A stretch of DNA of 32,000 nt from contig NC_020304.1 in assembly GCF_000341395.1 (NCBI RefSeq), positions 390,001-422,000 on the forward strand, in the 5' to 3' direction. This DNA is from Desulfocapsa sulfexigens DSM 10523 (GTDB lineage Bacteria > Desulfobacterota > Desulfobulbia > Desulfobulbales > Desulfocapsaceae). The notes beneath the pieces were generated by a model, which searched no databases, was not told the origin of the DNA, and was given only the letters and a program-made list of their open reading frames with translations. The position numbers and the translations under genes are program-made. Positions 1-9,488 of the stretch are shown here, one piece after another (the first letter of the stretch is position 1; every line of letters begins with the position of its first letter).

Positions 1-1
1 C

Positions 2-460
2 ATGCTCGAAGCATTTCAGGCAAAAACCACCCCTAATTTTGTTAACAGTATCGGATTCATTGACGGCCATCTCACCCACGATGGCCGACTCCACCCTCTT
101 TTCAAAGGTTTTGATCCAACATTTTCTCTTTTCAAATGGCATACCCATGCCATCCAGACACCGGTGCCACCAAATTACATCCTGCTTGCCACTTCAAGCG
201 ACTGCGTTGTTGAAGCATTCACCATTAAGGGCAGGCCACATATTATTGGATTGCAGTTCGACAATCATGCCGCACACCCCGATGATATTCGCCGCTGGTT
301 ACAGAGCGACAAGGACTGGCTGAACAGTTTGTCCCTAGGCAAAACGTACGGTGACGAGCTCTTAAAAGACGCAGAACGCTCTCGTAAAAAAAATCAGCAA
401 ATATTCACCAAACTAATCAGTAATTTTATATCACAGATCAAGGACACAAAGAGAAATTGA
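2..460 (+). CDS. class I glutamine amidotransferase-like protein, C-terminal part (5' truncated by window)
   Basis: Translated text resembles a GATase1 C-terminus: 'LFKWHTHAIQTPVPPNYILLATSSDCVVEAFTIKGRPHIIGLQFDNHAAH', i.e. the H-x-H / ATS / Q-F-x region of GMP-synthase-type amidotransferases. Confidence 0.65.
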   Translation: MLEAFQAKTTPNFVNSIGFIDGHLTHDGRLHPLFKGFDPTFSLFKWHTHAIQTPVPPNYILLATSSDCVVEAFTIKGRPHIIGLQFDNHAAHPDDIRRWLQSDKDWLNSLSLGKTYGDELLKDAERSRKKNQQIFTKLISNFISQIKDTKRN

Positions 461-503
461 GCAGTATTGACTGTGTATCCAAAAGCTAATCAAAATTATT
501 ACG

Positions 504-1637
504 ATGAACAAAAGCAAGCGAAAGCCAACAAAGATAATCGACACAACACTGAGAGAAGGAGAACAAACCCCTGGCGTTTATTTTGATCTCAGCGTGAAGA
601 AGCAGATAACCAGAGGACTTGCAGACATTGGTGTTGACGAGATCGAAATTGGCATTGCCAACAAAGCAAACACTGACCTCGGAGCACTTGCAGAATTCAT
701 TCGTACCACATACCCACATCAGTCCTTTTCTCTGTGGGCCCGATGCATGGAAGCAGATATTGACCATGGAGCCTCTCTGCGCCCGAGCTGCCTTTCTTTA
801 TCTATTCCGGCATCGGATCTTCATCTCAATAAAAAACTCGGCAAAGACAGGACATGGGCTCTAAAACAACTGAAACGCTCCATCCAACAGGCGCTATCAG
901 CAGGAGTACCAAAAGTCGCGCTGGGTCTTGAAGATGCCAGCCGGGCGGATATTTCCTTCCTCAGGGAACTGGCACAGGCAGCAGAGGAAGCCGGAGCTTT
1001 CCGTCTGCGCCTCGCTGACACGGTGGGTATCTGCACCCCTAGCACTATTGTCCAACTGCTTGAGGTGATGAGTGGACTGAAGCTGGAGTTGGCTGTGCAC
1101 TGTCATAACGATTTCGGAATGGCTACGGCCAATACAATTACAGCCCTGGAGAATGGGGCCATCTGGGGAGATACCACCCTGCTGGGACTTGGTGAGCGAG
1201 CTGGAAACAGCCGTCTCGAAGAAGTTATTGCCTTTTTTGTTCTGCAAAAAAAAACAGGGCATTACAATCTTGCAGGCCTTTCCGAATTAAGCAGGATGGT
1301 GGCCAGGGAGAGCGGACAGGAGATACCACCATTTCGTCCTATTATTGGGAATGCTCTTTTCTTCTGCGAAACCGGTATTCATCTCCAGGGAATTTTCGCA
1401 GACCCAACCACCTATGAACCTTTTTCCCCTGAGACCATCGGTGCCTCGCGCACACTTCTCATCGGCCGCCAGGCAGGGCGACGCAGCATTCTTGCCACTC
1501 TCAGCAGGCTTGGTCTGACAGCGCCCGACGAACCCGAACTTGCTCGCCTTACTCAGCAAATACGTTCACTGGCCATCAGCCGGAGACGCCCCCTGGGAGA
1601 CCACGAAATTTTAGAGTTGCTGAATTCTCAAGCCTGA
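504..1637 (+). CDS. nifV: homocitrate synthase NifV
   Basis: 'KIIDTTLREGEQTPGVYF', 'GVDEIEIGIA', 'HCHNDFGMATANTITALENGAIWGDTTLLGLGERAGNSRLEEVI' are HMGL/NifV family motifs; located in a nif cluster. Confidence 0.93.
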   Translation: MNKSKRKPTKIIDTTLREGEQTPGVYFDLSVKKQITRGLADIGVDEIEIGIANKANTDLGALAEFIRTTYPHQSFSLWARCMEADIDHGASLRPSCLSLSIPASDLHLNKKLGKDRTWALKQLKRSIQQALSAGVPKVALGLEDASRADISFLRELAQAAEEAGAFRLRLADTVGICTPSTIVQLLEVMSGLKLELAVHCHNDFGMATANTITALENGAIWGDTTLLGLGERAGNSRLEEVIAFFVLQKKTGHYNLAGLSELSRMVARESGQEIPPFRPIIGNALFFCETGIHLQGIFADPTTYEPFSPETIGASRTLLIGRQAGRRSILATLSRLGLTAPDEPELARLTQQIRSLAISRRRPLGDHEILELLNSQA

Positions 1638-1673
1638 GCCAGCTCTTCAGGACGGAGGCTTTTCCACTTTTTG

Positions 1674-1950
1674 TTATTTTTTGGCGGCAATTTTCCGTGG
1701 AAGCGTGCCAGCCAGTTGGTGCACAGGAGCACCGTTTTTCATCTGGGCGTAGAGCTTCCCAGATGAGCCAAATACGGACTGGATTCTGACATTACATTTT
1801 GCTGTAAATTGAGGCGCTCTTACCTCAAGAGCATTAATGAAATTTGCCGCCACCGCCACTTGCAGAGATGGGGAATTTTCGGCCAATAGCAAAGAGGGAT
1901 AGAAAAGAAGAAAAACAATGAGAATTCTGATCTTGAAAAACCTCGTGTGG
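1674..1950 (-). pseudogene. modA: truncated modA (periplasmic molybdate-binding protein) remnant: signal-peptide-like part plus first ~55 residues of the mature domain
   Basis: ORF 1674..1892 reads 'LQVAVAANFINALEVRAPQFTAKCNVRIQSVFGSSGKLYAQMKNGAP', typical of a ModA N-terminus, then ends in unrelated 'VHQLAGTLPRKIAAKK*'. In-frame upstream sequence encodes hydrophobic 'FFKIRILIVFLLFYPSLLLA' with no obvious ATG. Confidence 0.75.
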
Positions 1951-1957
1951 CCACTCT

Positions 1958-3565
1958 TTATTCTGCCTGAGCGAAAGCGGGTTTTGATAGGTTGAATTTT
2001 TTAATACGATACCCCATCTGGCGCTGGGTGAGACCAAGCTCCCTTGCTGCCCGCGCCTGTACCCAGCCGTTTCGGCGAAGCGAGGCCTCGATTTCCAATC
2101 GCTCCAGATCTTTCAGTGAATTGTGAGTTGATAGTGGCTTCCCTGCCGGCTTTGTGAGAACTCCTCTCGCCTGCGGGCTGGGTGCGGACAACCCTATCAA
2201 ATGCACATTAAGAGCTTCTGGCTGTATGGTCTCTTTGTCGGCCAGTATCACCAGCCTCTCGATCAGATTTTGCAATTCTCGAACATTCCCTGGCCATTCA
2301 TAGGTTGTGAGAAAGTCGAGGGAAGCATCTGCAAGTTTCACCTTCCTGTTATTTCTCTCATTACTTGAACGGAGAAAGTGATCGATAAGCAGCGGTATGT
2401 CGTGTCGTCTTTCACGAAGCGCTGGAAGCTGAATGGGCACAACGTTTAACCGATAATAAAGGTCGGCACGGAACAGCCCCTGGTCTACGCTACTCTGGAG
2501 GTCAACGTTGGTGGCGGCAATAATCCTGACATCAACGGCGAGTGTGCGGGTGCCACCGATTCGCTCAAACTTCTGTTCCTGTAACACCCGTAGCAGTTTT
2601 GCCTGAAGGAGAATGGGAAGTTCACCGATCTCGTCAAGAAAAATAGTGCCGCCATCGGCCAGTTCAAACCTGCCGGGTTTTGCTGTCGTAGCTCCGGTAA
2701 AGGCCCCCTTGTCGTGTCCCAGGAGTTCGCTTTCCAGAAGATTTTCAGGAAGCGCAGCACAGTTGACCTTGATATAGGGTTTGTCTCTTCGTGTACTGGT
2801 TTCATGGAGGGCACGTGCTACCAACTCTTTTCCGGTGCCAGATTCTCCAAGGAGGAGAACTGTGGCCCGACTGGGTGCTATTTTCTCAACAAGTCGGTAA
2901 ACTTCCTGCATGGCAGGCGAATTGCCAATAATGTAATGACGATTAAAACGACTGTGCAACTCAGCCTTCAGAGATTTGTTTTCTTCGACCAGTTTTTCTT
3001 CTTTTTGGGAAATGGCGTGGTGGAGCATCAAAAACTGGCCGATGAGGGTGGCCAGAATTTCAAGAAAGCTCATATCTTCCTCAAAAGAGACATCGGGCCC
3101 GAAGAGGTGATCCACAGTGAGCACACCAACGGTGTTTTTTTCAACCTTGACAGGCACCCCGAGAAAGGAGAGCTTCTCTTTTCTGATCTGGCTCCTGGCT
3201 CCGGTGCGATTCAGAAACAGGGGTTCACTGTCAATGTCGGGCACGACACATGGAGAGCCGGACTGAAAAATCTGCCCGCATATCCCTTCAGAAAGACCAT
3301 ATATGCCTCGACGCTCTTCTTCTATACTGAGGCCATAAGAGGCTCTGATGGATAATCGCTGCCTGTTGGGGTCAAGAAGAACAAGGGTGGCCCGCTCCAT
3401 GTGGAGAATATCGTGAAGTACCTTCAGGATTCTACTGAGAGTGGTGTCAAAATGGACTGCGTCACCAATAAGCTTACAGACCTCCGAGAGGGCTCGAATC
3501 TTCAGGATCTCCAGGTGGCATGTTACTGGTGGCGCCGCATCTTTAAATGTCTTCTCCATGTGCAA
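1958..3565 (-). CDS. nifA: Nif-specific sigma54-dependent transcriptional activator NifA (GAF + AAA+ + Fis-type HTH)
   Basis: N-terminal GAF-like domain; '[19 protein letters not shown]', '[13 protein letters not shown]', '[13 protein letters not shown]', '[20 protein letters not shown]'; C-terminal '[33 protein letters not shown]'. Confidence 0.93.
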   Translation of the reverse strand: MHMEKTFKDAAPPVTCHLEILKIRALSEVCKLIGDAVHFDTTLSRILKVLHDILHMERATLVLLDPNRQRLSIRASYGLSIEEERRGIYGLSEGICGQIFQSGSPCVVPDIDSEPLFLNRTGARSQIRKEKLSFLGVPVKVEKNTVGVLTVDHLFGPDVSFEEDMSFLEILATLIGQFLMLHHAISQKEEKLVEENKSLKAELHSRFNRHYIIGNSPAMQEVYRLVEKIAPSRATVLLLGESGTGKELVARALHETSTRRDKPYIKVNCAALPENLLESELLGHDKGAFTGATTAKPGRFELADGGTIFLDEIGELPILLQAKLLRVLQEQKFERIGGTRTLAVDVRIIAATNVDLQSSVDQGLFRADLYYRLNVVPIQLPALRERRHDIPLLIDHFLRSSNERNNRKVKLADASLDFLTTYEWPGNVRELQNLIERLVILADKETIQPEALNVHLIGLSAPSPQARGVLTKPAGKPLSTHNSLKDLERLEIEASLRRNGWVQARAARELGLTQRQMGYRIKKFNLSKPAFAQAE

Positions 3566-3633
3566 CCTCTTGTATTGGCCGTAATACGAATCTTGCTGTT
3601 TACTGCCTGGACAGTATATTTTTTACATTGAAT

Positions 3634-3649
3634 TGCAAAAAACATACCA
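3634..3649 (-). promoter_or_regulatory. putative sigma54 (-24/-12) promoter for nifA
   Basis: Minus strand reads TGGTATGTTTTTTGCA, fitting TGGYAYR-N4-TTGCA, about 70 bp upstream of the nifA start. Confidence 0.6.
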
Positions 3650-3680
3650 TGCTGAAAATGCGCTCTTTCACGGGCCGCTT

Positions 3681-3696
3681 TGTAGGAAAAGTTACA
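3681..3696. promoter_or_regulatory. putative NifA upstream activator sequence TGT-N10-ACA
   Basis: tgt-aggaaaagtt-aca at 3681-3696, just upstream of the nifA sigma54-like site. Confidence 0.45.
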
Positions 3697-3753
3697 AAAT
3701 TGAACACTAGCTACTTTTTGTTTGCACGGATTTGTTAATTGTTTACCCCTCAG

Positions 3754-4593
3754 TCATGATGCGGTAACGCTCAGCTCGAGGTTGGATACCATCATGCTCT
3801 TCCCCTCACCACGAAAGCTTCCTGAAACCGGAGCTGCAGAGTCGGCCCTTGGCCCCGCAGCCAGTGCCACGTGACGATCAGCTATTGCAAGTCCAACGGT
3901 GGGATCAAAGCCCTTCCAGCCGGCTCCGGGTAAGTAAACCTCAGCCCAGGCATGCAGGTAATTTTTACTATTTGGAAAACCTTCATGATAGCCGCTGACA
4001 AAGCGGGATCCAATCCCCTGGCTACGGCAACATGCCATGAACAGCCAGGTCAGGTCACGGCAGGCCCCCCTGCGTTCACGCAGTGTCTTTGAAGGTTCAT
4101 ACGGAGGACCTTCCTCGCGTAAAATCACCACGCATGTTGCGTAAAGCCGTTCGTTGAGTAACTGGAGGAAAGTCAGGGTGTCCCAGTTCGCTTCAGCAGC
4201 AATCTGATTGGAAAAAGTTGCCACCTCAGGCTCAGTGGTATCGGAAAGATATGGTTTAACAGTTGACAGGCATCTCCCTTCCCTGCTCAGCGGTAGGCGA
4301 GTCGCCTCCTCTTTGAGAAGAAATGCGAACGGATTGGTACAAAAGGTGACCACTTTGCTGTTCACCGTAACTACAAAACAATCAGTCATACCATTAAACC
4401 AGGCAACATGTTCCATATTGCCATCAAGGTCACGGCACTCAGTTAATCCGGCCGGATGCGGGCTGATATCAATGGTAAAATTAAGCAGCTGCTGCATTCC
4501 ATTGGTTCGCGGTTTGAGTCTGATGGTCTGAGGTTCAAGAAAAACAGGGTTCTCGTATCGATATGTTGTAGTGTGGGTTGCGGAAAATATCAT
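3754..4593 (-). CDS. transglutaminase-like (cysteine protease fold) family protein
   Basis: 'TTTYRYENPVFLEPQTIRLKPR' N-terminal domain; catalytic-type 'RRGACRDLTWLFMACCRSQGIGSRFVSGY' and 'YLHAWAEVYLPGAGWKGFDPT'. Confidence 0.88.
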   Translation of the reverse strand: MIFSATHTTTYRYENPVFLEPQTIRLKPRTNGMQQLLNFTIDISPHPAGLTECRDLDGNMEHVAWFNGMTDCFVVTVNSKVVTFCTNPFAFLLKEEATRLPLSREGRCLSTVKPYLSDTTEPEVATFSNQIAAEANWDTLTFLQLLNERLYATCVVILREEGPPYEPSKTLRERRGACRDLTWLFMACCRSQGIGSRFVSGYHEGFPNSKNYLHAWAEVYLPGAGWKGFDPTVGLAIADRHVALAAGPRADSAAPVSGSFRGEGKSMMVSNLELSVTAS

Positions 4594-4703
4594 ATCAGTT
4601 CTCCTGGTTCATTATACATATCGGTCAGTGGATGCAGAGACAGTTCAACCATGCACTTGCCTTGAGTGGGAAAGAGTTCTACTACAGGCACTCCTCGACG
4701 TCA

Positions 4704-5534
4704 TCACAGTCCGGCCAGCCAGGCCAGAAGCACCTTTTTTTTAATTCTGACGTGAAGATCCGCCCTGATCTTGGCCTCCATACTTTCCCGTGTCAGTTTT
4801 TCAGCCGCTATAATTTTTTCACAGCGCAACACATGAAACCCCATATTAGACTCAACTATCTCGCTTATCTCTCCAGCTTCCATTTTAAAAAGAGTCTCCT
4901 CCAGGCTGGGATAAATTTGGCCTCGAGAGACTGGACTAATACTTCCCCCCTTCAAGGCTGAAGGACACTCGGAATAGCGCAGTGCCAGTTCACTGAAATC
5001 CACATCTGAAGACAGGGCTTTCTCACGTACTTTTGTTATTCTCACCAGGGCTGCCCGGCGGCTGTTATCAGGAAACTGGTCATTAATGGTTACCAGGATA
5101 TGACGCAGGCACCTTTGTTCCGGTTTTTCATCAACTGCAGATGTAAGTATTTCGGCTACCTGTTCCTTACCAGGAGGTTCAGCACGATCTGCAACCAGAG
5201 ACATGGTCGCGTCTACGGCAAGGTCTGCCTCAAGGGCCTTGGCCATGGTTTCATTATCCAGATTATTTATCCTCAGATCCTGCTCAAAAGCATCAACTGA
5301 TTCATAGCGACTGGCAATTTTTGCCATTGCCTCCTTAATGGATCTTGCTGGGACAACCACCTCCATACCTTCTTTGCTTTTTAAAATCTTTTTCTGCAGA
5401 GTGCACTCATCTTCTGCCCGTTTTCTCACAGCTCTCAAGGAATGAGAATCGAGTTTGTGGGGTGCACAGTGAAACATCTGCAGGGAAAATTTAAGCATAC
5501 TATAAGAGAGTAATGGCTGTACCATAAATATCAC
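4704..5534 (-). CDS. nifM: NifM, PpiC/parvulin-type peptidyl-prolyl isomerase for nitrogenase Fe protein maturation (true start may lie inside the ORF)
   Basis: 'RHILVTINDQFPDNSRRAALVRI', 'FSELALRYSECPSALKGGSISPVSRGQIYPSLEETLFKMEAGEISEIVESNMGFHVLRCE' closely follow NifM; divergent from nifH. Confidence 0.85.
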   Translation of the reverse strand: MIFMVQPLLSYSMLKFSLQMFHCAPHKLDSHSLRAVRKRAEDECTLQKKILKSKEGMEVVVPARSIKEAMAKIASRYESVDAFEQDLRINNLDNETMAKALEADLAVDATMSLVADRAEPPGKEQVAEILTSAVDEKPEQRCLRHILVTINDQFPDNSRRAALVRITKVREKALSSDVDFSELALRYSECPSALKGGSISPVSRGQIYPSLEETLFKMEAGEISEIVESNMGFHVLRCEKIIAAEKLTRESMEAKIRADLHVRIKKKVLLAWLAGL

Positions 5535-5578
5535 CTTGCAATGGAAATGGTTGTGTATCTACCTGTTTGTATCACTAT

Positions 5579-5593
5579 GCAAGATTGTGACCA
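5579..5593 (-). promoter_or_regulatory. weak putative sigma54 promoter for nifM
   Basis: Minus strand TGGTCA-CAATC-TTGC(A); the GG and GC core dinucleotides have correct spacing but the TGGCAC part is degenerate. Confidence 0.3.
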
Positions 5594-5679
5594 TCTGTTT
5601 TAATCTCTTTCACCCACCTCCACTCCCTTTCCCTTTTCAACAGGTGTTATTTGTCAATTTTCGCTGTCATGAGGGGCGT

Positions 5680-5695
5680 TGTCCACACAGGGACA
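5680..5695. promoter_or_regulatory. putative NifA UAS (TGT-N10-ACA) between divergent nifM and nifH
   Basis: tgt-ccacacaggg-aca; about 210 bp upstream of the nifH sigma54 element and about 90 bp from the nifM-side element. Confidence 0.55.
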
Positions 5696-5903
5696 CGCTG
5701 TTCAGCAGCTAGCCTTTTTATATCACATCGAAAAAATGCCCCTGCCATTGTTTTACCAAGCGTCGAAGGTACTACCATTTTGTAGAGTTTTTTCCAAAAT
5801 GTAAACAACCTCACCAAAAAGGTAGCTTCTCCCTTGAAGAGAACCCTTCCCTCCTCCTAGCATAACCACCTGTTATCAAGGAACATAAATGAATTTAATT
5901 TTC

Positions 5904-5919
5904 TGGCACACGCTTTGAA
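5904..5919 (+). promoter_or_regulatory. putative sigma54 (-24/-12) promoter of nifH
   Basis: TGGCAC-ACGCT-TTGAA; perfect -24 box, one mismatch (A for C) in the -12 TTGC. Confidence 0.7.
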
Positions 5920-6016
5920 TAGTCATCACTGAAACGAATCAACTACGGGGAGGACTTTAAAGACCAGCCTCGAATAAATAATACGGCTGTTGTTGCACAA
6001 GAAGCCAGCCGGCTAA

Positions 6017-6868
<852 letters not shown>

Positions 6869-6951
6869 GGCGTCTCAGAAAAAACACTTTTAAAAATTAT
6901 TAAAACATACCGGCATGATACGAGAGATGCCGAAAAGTTGGAGATACAGTT

Positions 6952-7308
6952 ATGATGATAATGATTCGCTCAATTATTCGACCTGAAAAAGCAGATGCCG
7001 TTATGGCGGCACTCATGGATGCAGGCTTTCCTGCAGTTACAAAATATGCAGTGGCGGGCCGTGGAAAACAGCGCGGTATCAAAATTGGTGACATCACCTA
7101 TGACGAACTCCCCAAGGTGATGTTGATGAGTGTGGTGAATGCAGAAGAAAAGGAATTCGTCATTGATACCATCATGAACACAGCACGTTCAAAGGGCAAG
7201 GGTGCCTTTGGTGACGGGAAGATTTTTGTAAGTGATGTGGAGGAGTCCTACACTATCAGTTCCGGTACAAAAGAAACTGCAGCCGCATCTGAGGGGGTAC
7301 CGGCATGA
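6952..7308 (+). CDS. nifI1: NifI1, P-II family nitrogenase regulator
   Basis: P-II-like 'MIRSIIRPEKADAVMAALMDAGFPAVTKYAVAGRGKQRGI...VMLMSVVNAEEKEFVIDTIMNTARSKGKGAFGDGKIFVSDVEESYTI'; located between nifH and nifD. Confidence 0.95.
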   Translation: MMIMIRSIIRPEKADAVMAALMDAGFPAVTKYAVAGRGKQRGIKIGDITYDELPKVMLMSVVNAEEKEFVIDTIMNTARSKGKGAFGDGKIFVSDVEESYTISSGTKETAAASEGVPA

Positions 7309-7679
7309 AAGAGGTAATCGCTATTGTGCGTATAAATATGATGAATCAGACAAAGCGGGCTCTCACTGATTGTGGTGTCGACGCCTTCTTTGCCCATGAG
7401 GCCCATGGCCGAGGGAAGGGATTCGTTAATCCCAGGATTCTCGAAGGAGTAGAGCATGGCTACGAGGAAGCCGCCTCCCTCCTCGGAGAAAAAGGGAAAC
7501 TCTATCCCAAACGTTTACTCACGGCCGTGGTGGAAGACAGCATGGTTGGCTGTGTGGTGGACACGATCATCAACACAAATCAGACCGGCATGCCCGGTGA
7601 CGGGAAAGTGTTTGTTTTGCCCCTTAAAAATGCTATCCGGGTACGAACAGGTGAGACGGGCGAAAAAGCCATTGTTTGA
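7305..7679 (+). CDS. nifI2: NifI2, P-II family nitrogenase regulator
   Basis: 'MKEVIAIVRINMMNQTKRALTDCGVDAFFAHEAHGRGKG', 'DTIINTNQTGMPGDGKVFVLPLKNAIRVRTGETGEKAI'; overlaps the nifI1 stop. Confidence 0.95.
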   Translation: MKEVIAIVRINMMNQTKRALTDCGVDAFFAHEAHGRGKGFVNPRILEGVEHGYEEAASLLGEKGKLYPKRLLTAVVEDSMVGCVVDTIINTNQTGMPGDGKVFVLPLKNAIRVRTGETGEKAIV

Positions 7680-7735
7680 TTTCAGGCTTTTCAAATAATA
7701 AACAACAAGAAAGCCTAACCAGAAGGAGTGCTGAA

Positions 7736-9376
7736 ATGGTAACAGCGACTAAGAAAAAAATGGTGCAGTGGGATCCTGCCGATGTCAAAGCGGAATTGAT
7801 TAAAAAGTATCCGCCCAAGGTAGCCCGTAAACGCGCCAAGCAAATAATGATTAACGAGGCATTGGAGAACGAAACGCCTGAAATTACGGCTAATGTCCGC
7901 ACAACTCCAGGTATTATCACTATGCGTGGCTGTACCTATGCCGGGTGCAAGGGCGTTATCATGGGTCCAACTCGGGATATCGTCAACCTGGTACATGGCC
8001 CCATCGGGTGCAGTTTTTATGCCTGGCTGACCCGCCGCAACCAGACCGATGCAGGTCCGGATGGAGACAACTTTATAAATTATTGTTTTTCAACTGACAT
8101 GCAGGAGCAGGACATCATCTTTGGTGGGGAAAAGAAGCTGGCAGCAGCAGTGCAGGAGATTTATGACCTCATGCATCCTAAATCCATAGCAATATTTGCA
8201 ACCTGCCCCGTGGGTTTGATCGGTGATGATATTCACACCGTAGCCAAGAACATGAAGGATAAGTTGGGTGACTGTAATGTCTACGCCTTTTCCTGTGAAG
8301 GCTACAAAGGGGTGAGCCAGTCTGCAGGTCACCACATTGCCAACAACCAGGTGTTCAGACACATTGTCGGTGAAAATGATACCCCAACAGAAGGCGAGTT
8401 TAAAATTAACCTTTTAGGTGAATACAATATCGGTGGCGATGGCTTTGAGATTGACCGTATCTTTAAAAAATGCGGTATCACTAACATTGCAACCTTTTCC
8501 GGTAACTCAACCTATGACCAGTTTGCCACGGCTCATCAGGCTGATCTGAACGCGGTGATGTGTCATCGCTCCATTAACTACGTAGCGGATATGCTGGAAA
8601 CCAAATTCGGTATTCCATGGATAAAAGTAAACTTTATAGGGGCGAATGCCACAGCCAAATCTCTGAGAAAAATTGCTGCCTATTTTGAAGACCAGGCGCT
8701 CATAGACCGGGTTGAAGCAGTGATCAAGGAAGAAATGCCCGAGGTTGAGACTGCTGTTGCCGATATACGAAGTCGTACGGAAGGCAAAACCGCCATGCTT
8801 TTTGTTGGTGGTTCCAGGGCTCACCATTACCAGGAACTTTTCAAGGAAGTGGGGATGAAAATCATTTCAGCCGGTTACGAATTTGCCCACCGCGATGATT
8901 ATGAAGGACGCCAAGTACTACCAAATCTGAAGGTAGATGCAGACAGTAGGAATATTGAAGAAATTGAGGTTGAGGCTGATGCAACCCGCTTTAAGCCACG
9001 CAAAACACCTGTGCAACTGGTAGCGCTGGAAGATGCCGGAGTGAAGTTCAAGCATTATGACGGACTGGCACCTGATATGGAAGAAGGCACTCTGATTATC
9101 GATGACCTGAATCAGTATGAGGCCGAAAAACTGGTGGAGATCATGAAACCGGATATTTTCTGTGCCGGAATCAAAGAAAAGTTTTCCATTATGAAACTGG
9201 GTGTGCCGATGAAACAACTGCACAGCTACGACTCCGGCGGCCCCTATGCCGGATTCCAGGGCGCCATTAACTTCTATCATGAGATTGACAGGCTGACCAG
9301 CTCCAAAGTCTGGACCTACCTGAAAGCTCCCTGGCAGGAGAGCCCCGAACTCACTGCCGCCTACGTATGGGAATAA
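7736..9376 (+). CDS. nifD: nitrogenase molybdenum-iron protein alpha chain NifD (start set at ATG 7736, not ORF start 7676)
   Basis: 'TPGIITMRGCTYAGCKGVIMGPTRDIVNLVHGPIGCSFYAW', 'FSTDMQEQDIIFGGEKKL', 'HSYDSGGPYAGFQGAINFYHEID'; RBS agaaggagtg before 7736. Confidence 0.98.
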   Translation: MVTATKKKMVQWDPADVKAELIKKYPPKVARKRAKQIMINEALENETPEITANVRTTPGIITMRGCTYAGCKGVIMGPTRDIVNLVHGPIGCSFYAWLTRRNQTDAGPDGDNFINYCFSTDMQEQDIIFGGEKKLAAAVQEIYDLMHPKSIAIFATCPVGLIGDDIHTVAKNMKDKLGDCNVYAFSCEGYKGVSQSAGHHIANNQVFRHIVGENDTPTEGEFKINLLGEYNIGGDGFEIDRIFKKCGITNIATFSGNSTYDQFATAHQADLNAVMCHRSINYVADMLETKFGIPWIKVNFIGANATAKSLRKIAAYFEDQALIDRVEAVIKEEMPEVETAVADIRSRTEGKTAMLFVGGSRAHHYQELFKEVGMKIISAGYEFAHRDDYEGRQVLPNLKVDADSRNIEEIEVEADATRFKPRKTPVQLVALEDAGVKFKHYDGLAPDMEEGTLIIDDLNQYEAEKLVEIMKPDIFCAGIKEKFSIMKLGVPMKQLHSYDSGGPYAGFQGAINFYHEIDRLTSSKVWTYLKAPWQESPELTAAYVWE

Positions 9377-9488
9377 ACTGAGACTGAAGGTGGAAGGTGC
9401 ACAGGCTGAAGGGGAACAGACAAAAGATCTGTCCAGCATTCAGTCTTCACTCTTCAGCCGGATCACCTACTCTAAGAGGTATAAACAA

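Noticed and set aside
2714-3355. 213-aa + strand ORF inside nifA
   Set aside because: Antisense of nifA GAF/AAA+ coding region.
7676-7735. N-terminal extension of the nifD ORF (ORF track start 7676)
   Set aside because: It overlaps the nifI2 end, has no NifD-like sequence, and a strong RBS (agaaggagtg) precedes ATG 7736.
8918-9439. 173-aa minus-strand ORF opposite nifD
   Set aside because: Antisense shadow of a highly conserved coding gene; no domain-like sequence. The same holds for other antisense ORFs over nifH, nifK, nifE, nifN, nifB and the kinases.
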